A stretch of 45,985 nt of DNA from a plasmid. The translations under genes and the position numbers were made by a program. The notes beneath the pieces are model-generated. The model was not told where the DNA came from. It saw only the letters and a program-made list of their open reading frames with translations, and made no database searches. Shown in pieces: positions 45,934-45,985 of the stretch. Positions within the stretch are counted from its first letter, which is position 1, and each line of letters begins with the position of its first letter. The DNA is taken from the sequence record CP052943.1; one strand, written 5' to 3'.

Positions 45934-45985
45934 ATGCCGATTAAATATTTCAAAAAGAAAGAACAGTATCAAGAACGTTTCTATC
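45934..45985 (+). CDS. rep: 5' end of rep (MPIKYFKKKEQYQERFY...) running off the window end and in frame with 1..953
   Basis: SD gaaagggg plus ATG 45934. 17 codons plus 1 nt; with the first 2 nt of the window this completes codon CAA and joins the LPKVFF frame. Confidence 0.7.
   Translation, partial: MPIKYFKKKEQYQERFY

Overview
AT-rich (about 30% GC by eye), Staphylococcus-type sequence that reads as a complete circular conjugative plasmid of 45,985 bp. A partial ORF at the 3' end (45934..45985) continues in frame across the junction into the 5'-truncated RepA_N-family rep gene at 1..953, so the window appears to be a full circle opened inside rep. Content: RepA_N rep with in-gene iteron-like repeats; a divergent ParA plus small RHH partition operon whose two flanks carry the same repeat cluster in inverted orientation; a 16-kb plus-strand Gram-positive type IV secretion operon (VirD4/TcpA-like coupling ATPase, VirB6-like polytopic protein with a long low-complexity tail, VirB4-like ATPase, CwlT-like bifunctional cell-wall hydrolase, TcpE-like and other membrane proteins); a 1107-aa LPxTG surface adhesin; a long minus-strand relaxase operon (two RHH/MobC-like proteins, HUH relaxase, topoisomerase III, CPBP intramembrane protease, SrtA-like sortase, ArdC-metalloprotease-TOPRIM fusion) preceded by a 17-bp repeat array that is the best oriT candidate. 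Immediately beyond that oriT candidate, and transcribed toward it, lies an unusual accessory or leading-type region: three tandem copies of a roughly 260-bp highly structured leader (terminator hairpin plus nested inverted repeats plus SD), two of them driving small, strongly acidic proteins, followed by a YolD-like protein and an Axe/Txe (Phd-YoeB) toxin-antitoxin pair. I interpret these as candidate ssDNA-promoter-like (Frpo/ssi-type) elements driving anti-defence or establishment genes; this is the most novel-looking feature. Other notable items: an Fst/par-like type I toxin-antitoxin (31-aa hydrophobic peptide plus a convergent roughly 63-nt antisense sRNA sharing a bidirectional terminator), a serine resolvase with a res-like site, two CPBP (CAAX-protease/Abi) family proteins, a plasmid-borne PBP4-like low-molecular-weight PBP, a miniature 241-aa TnpB-like RuvC/Zn-ribbon protein next to a perfect 16/6/16 palindrome, and an IS200-like Y1 transposase homolog with an apparently incomplete HUH motif. 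No rRNA, tRNA or CRISPR arrays were seen.
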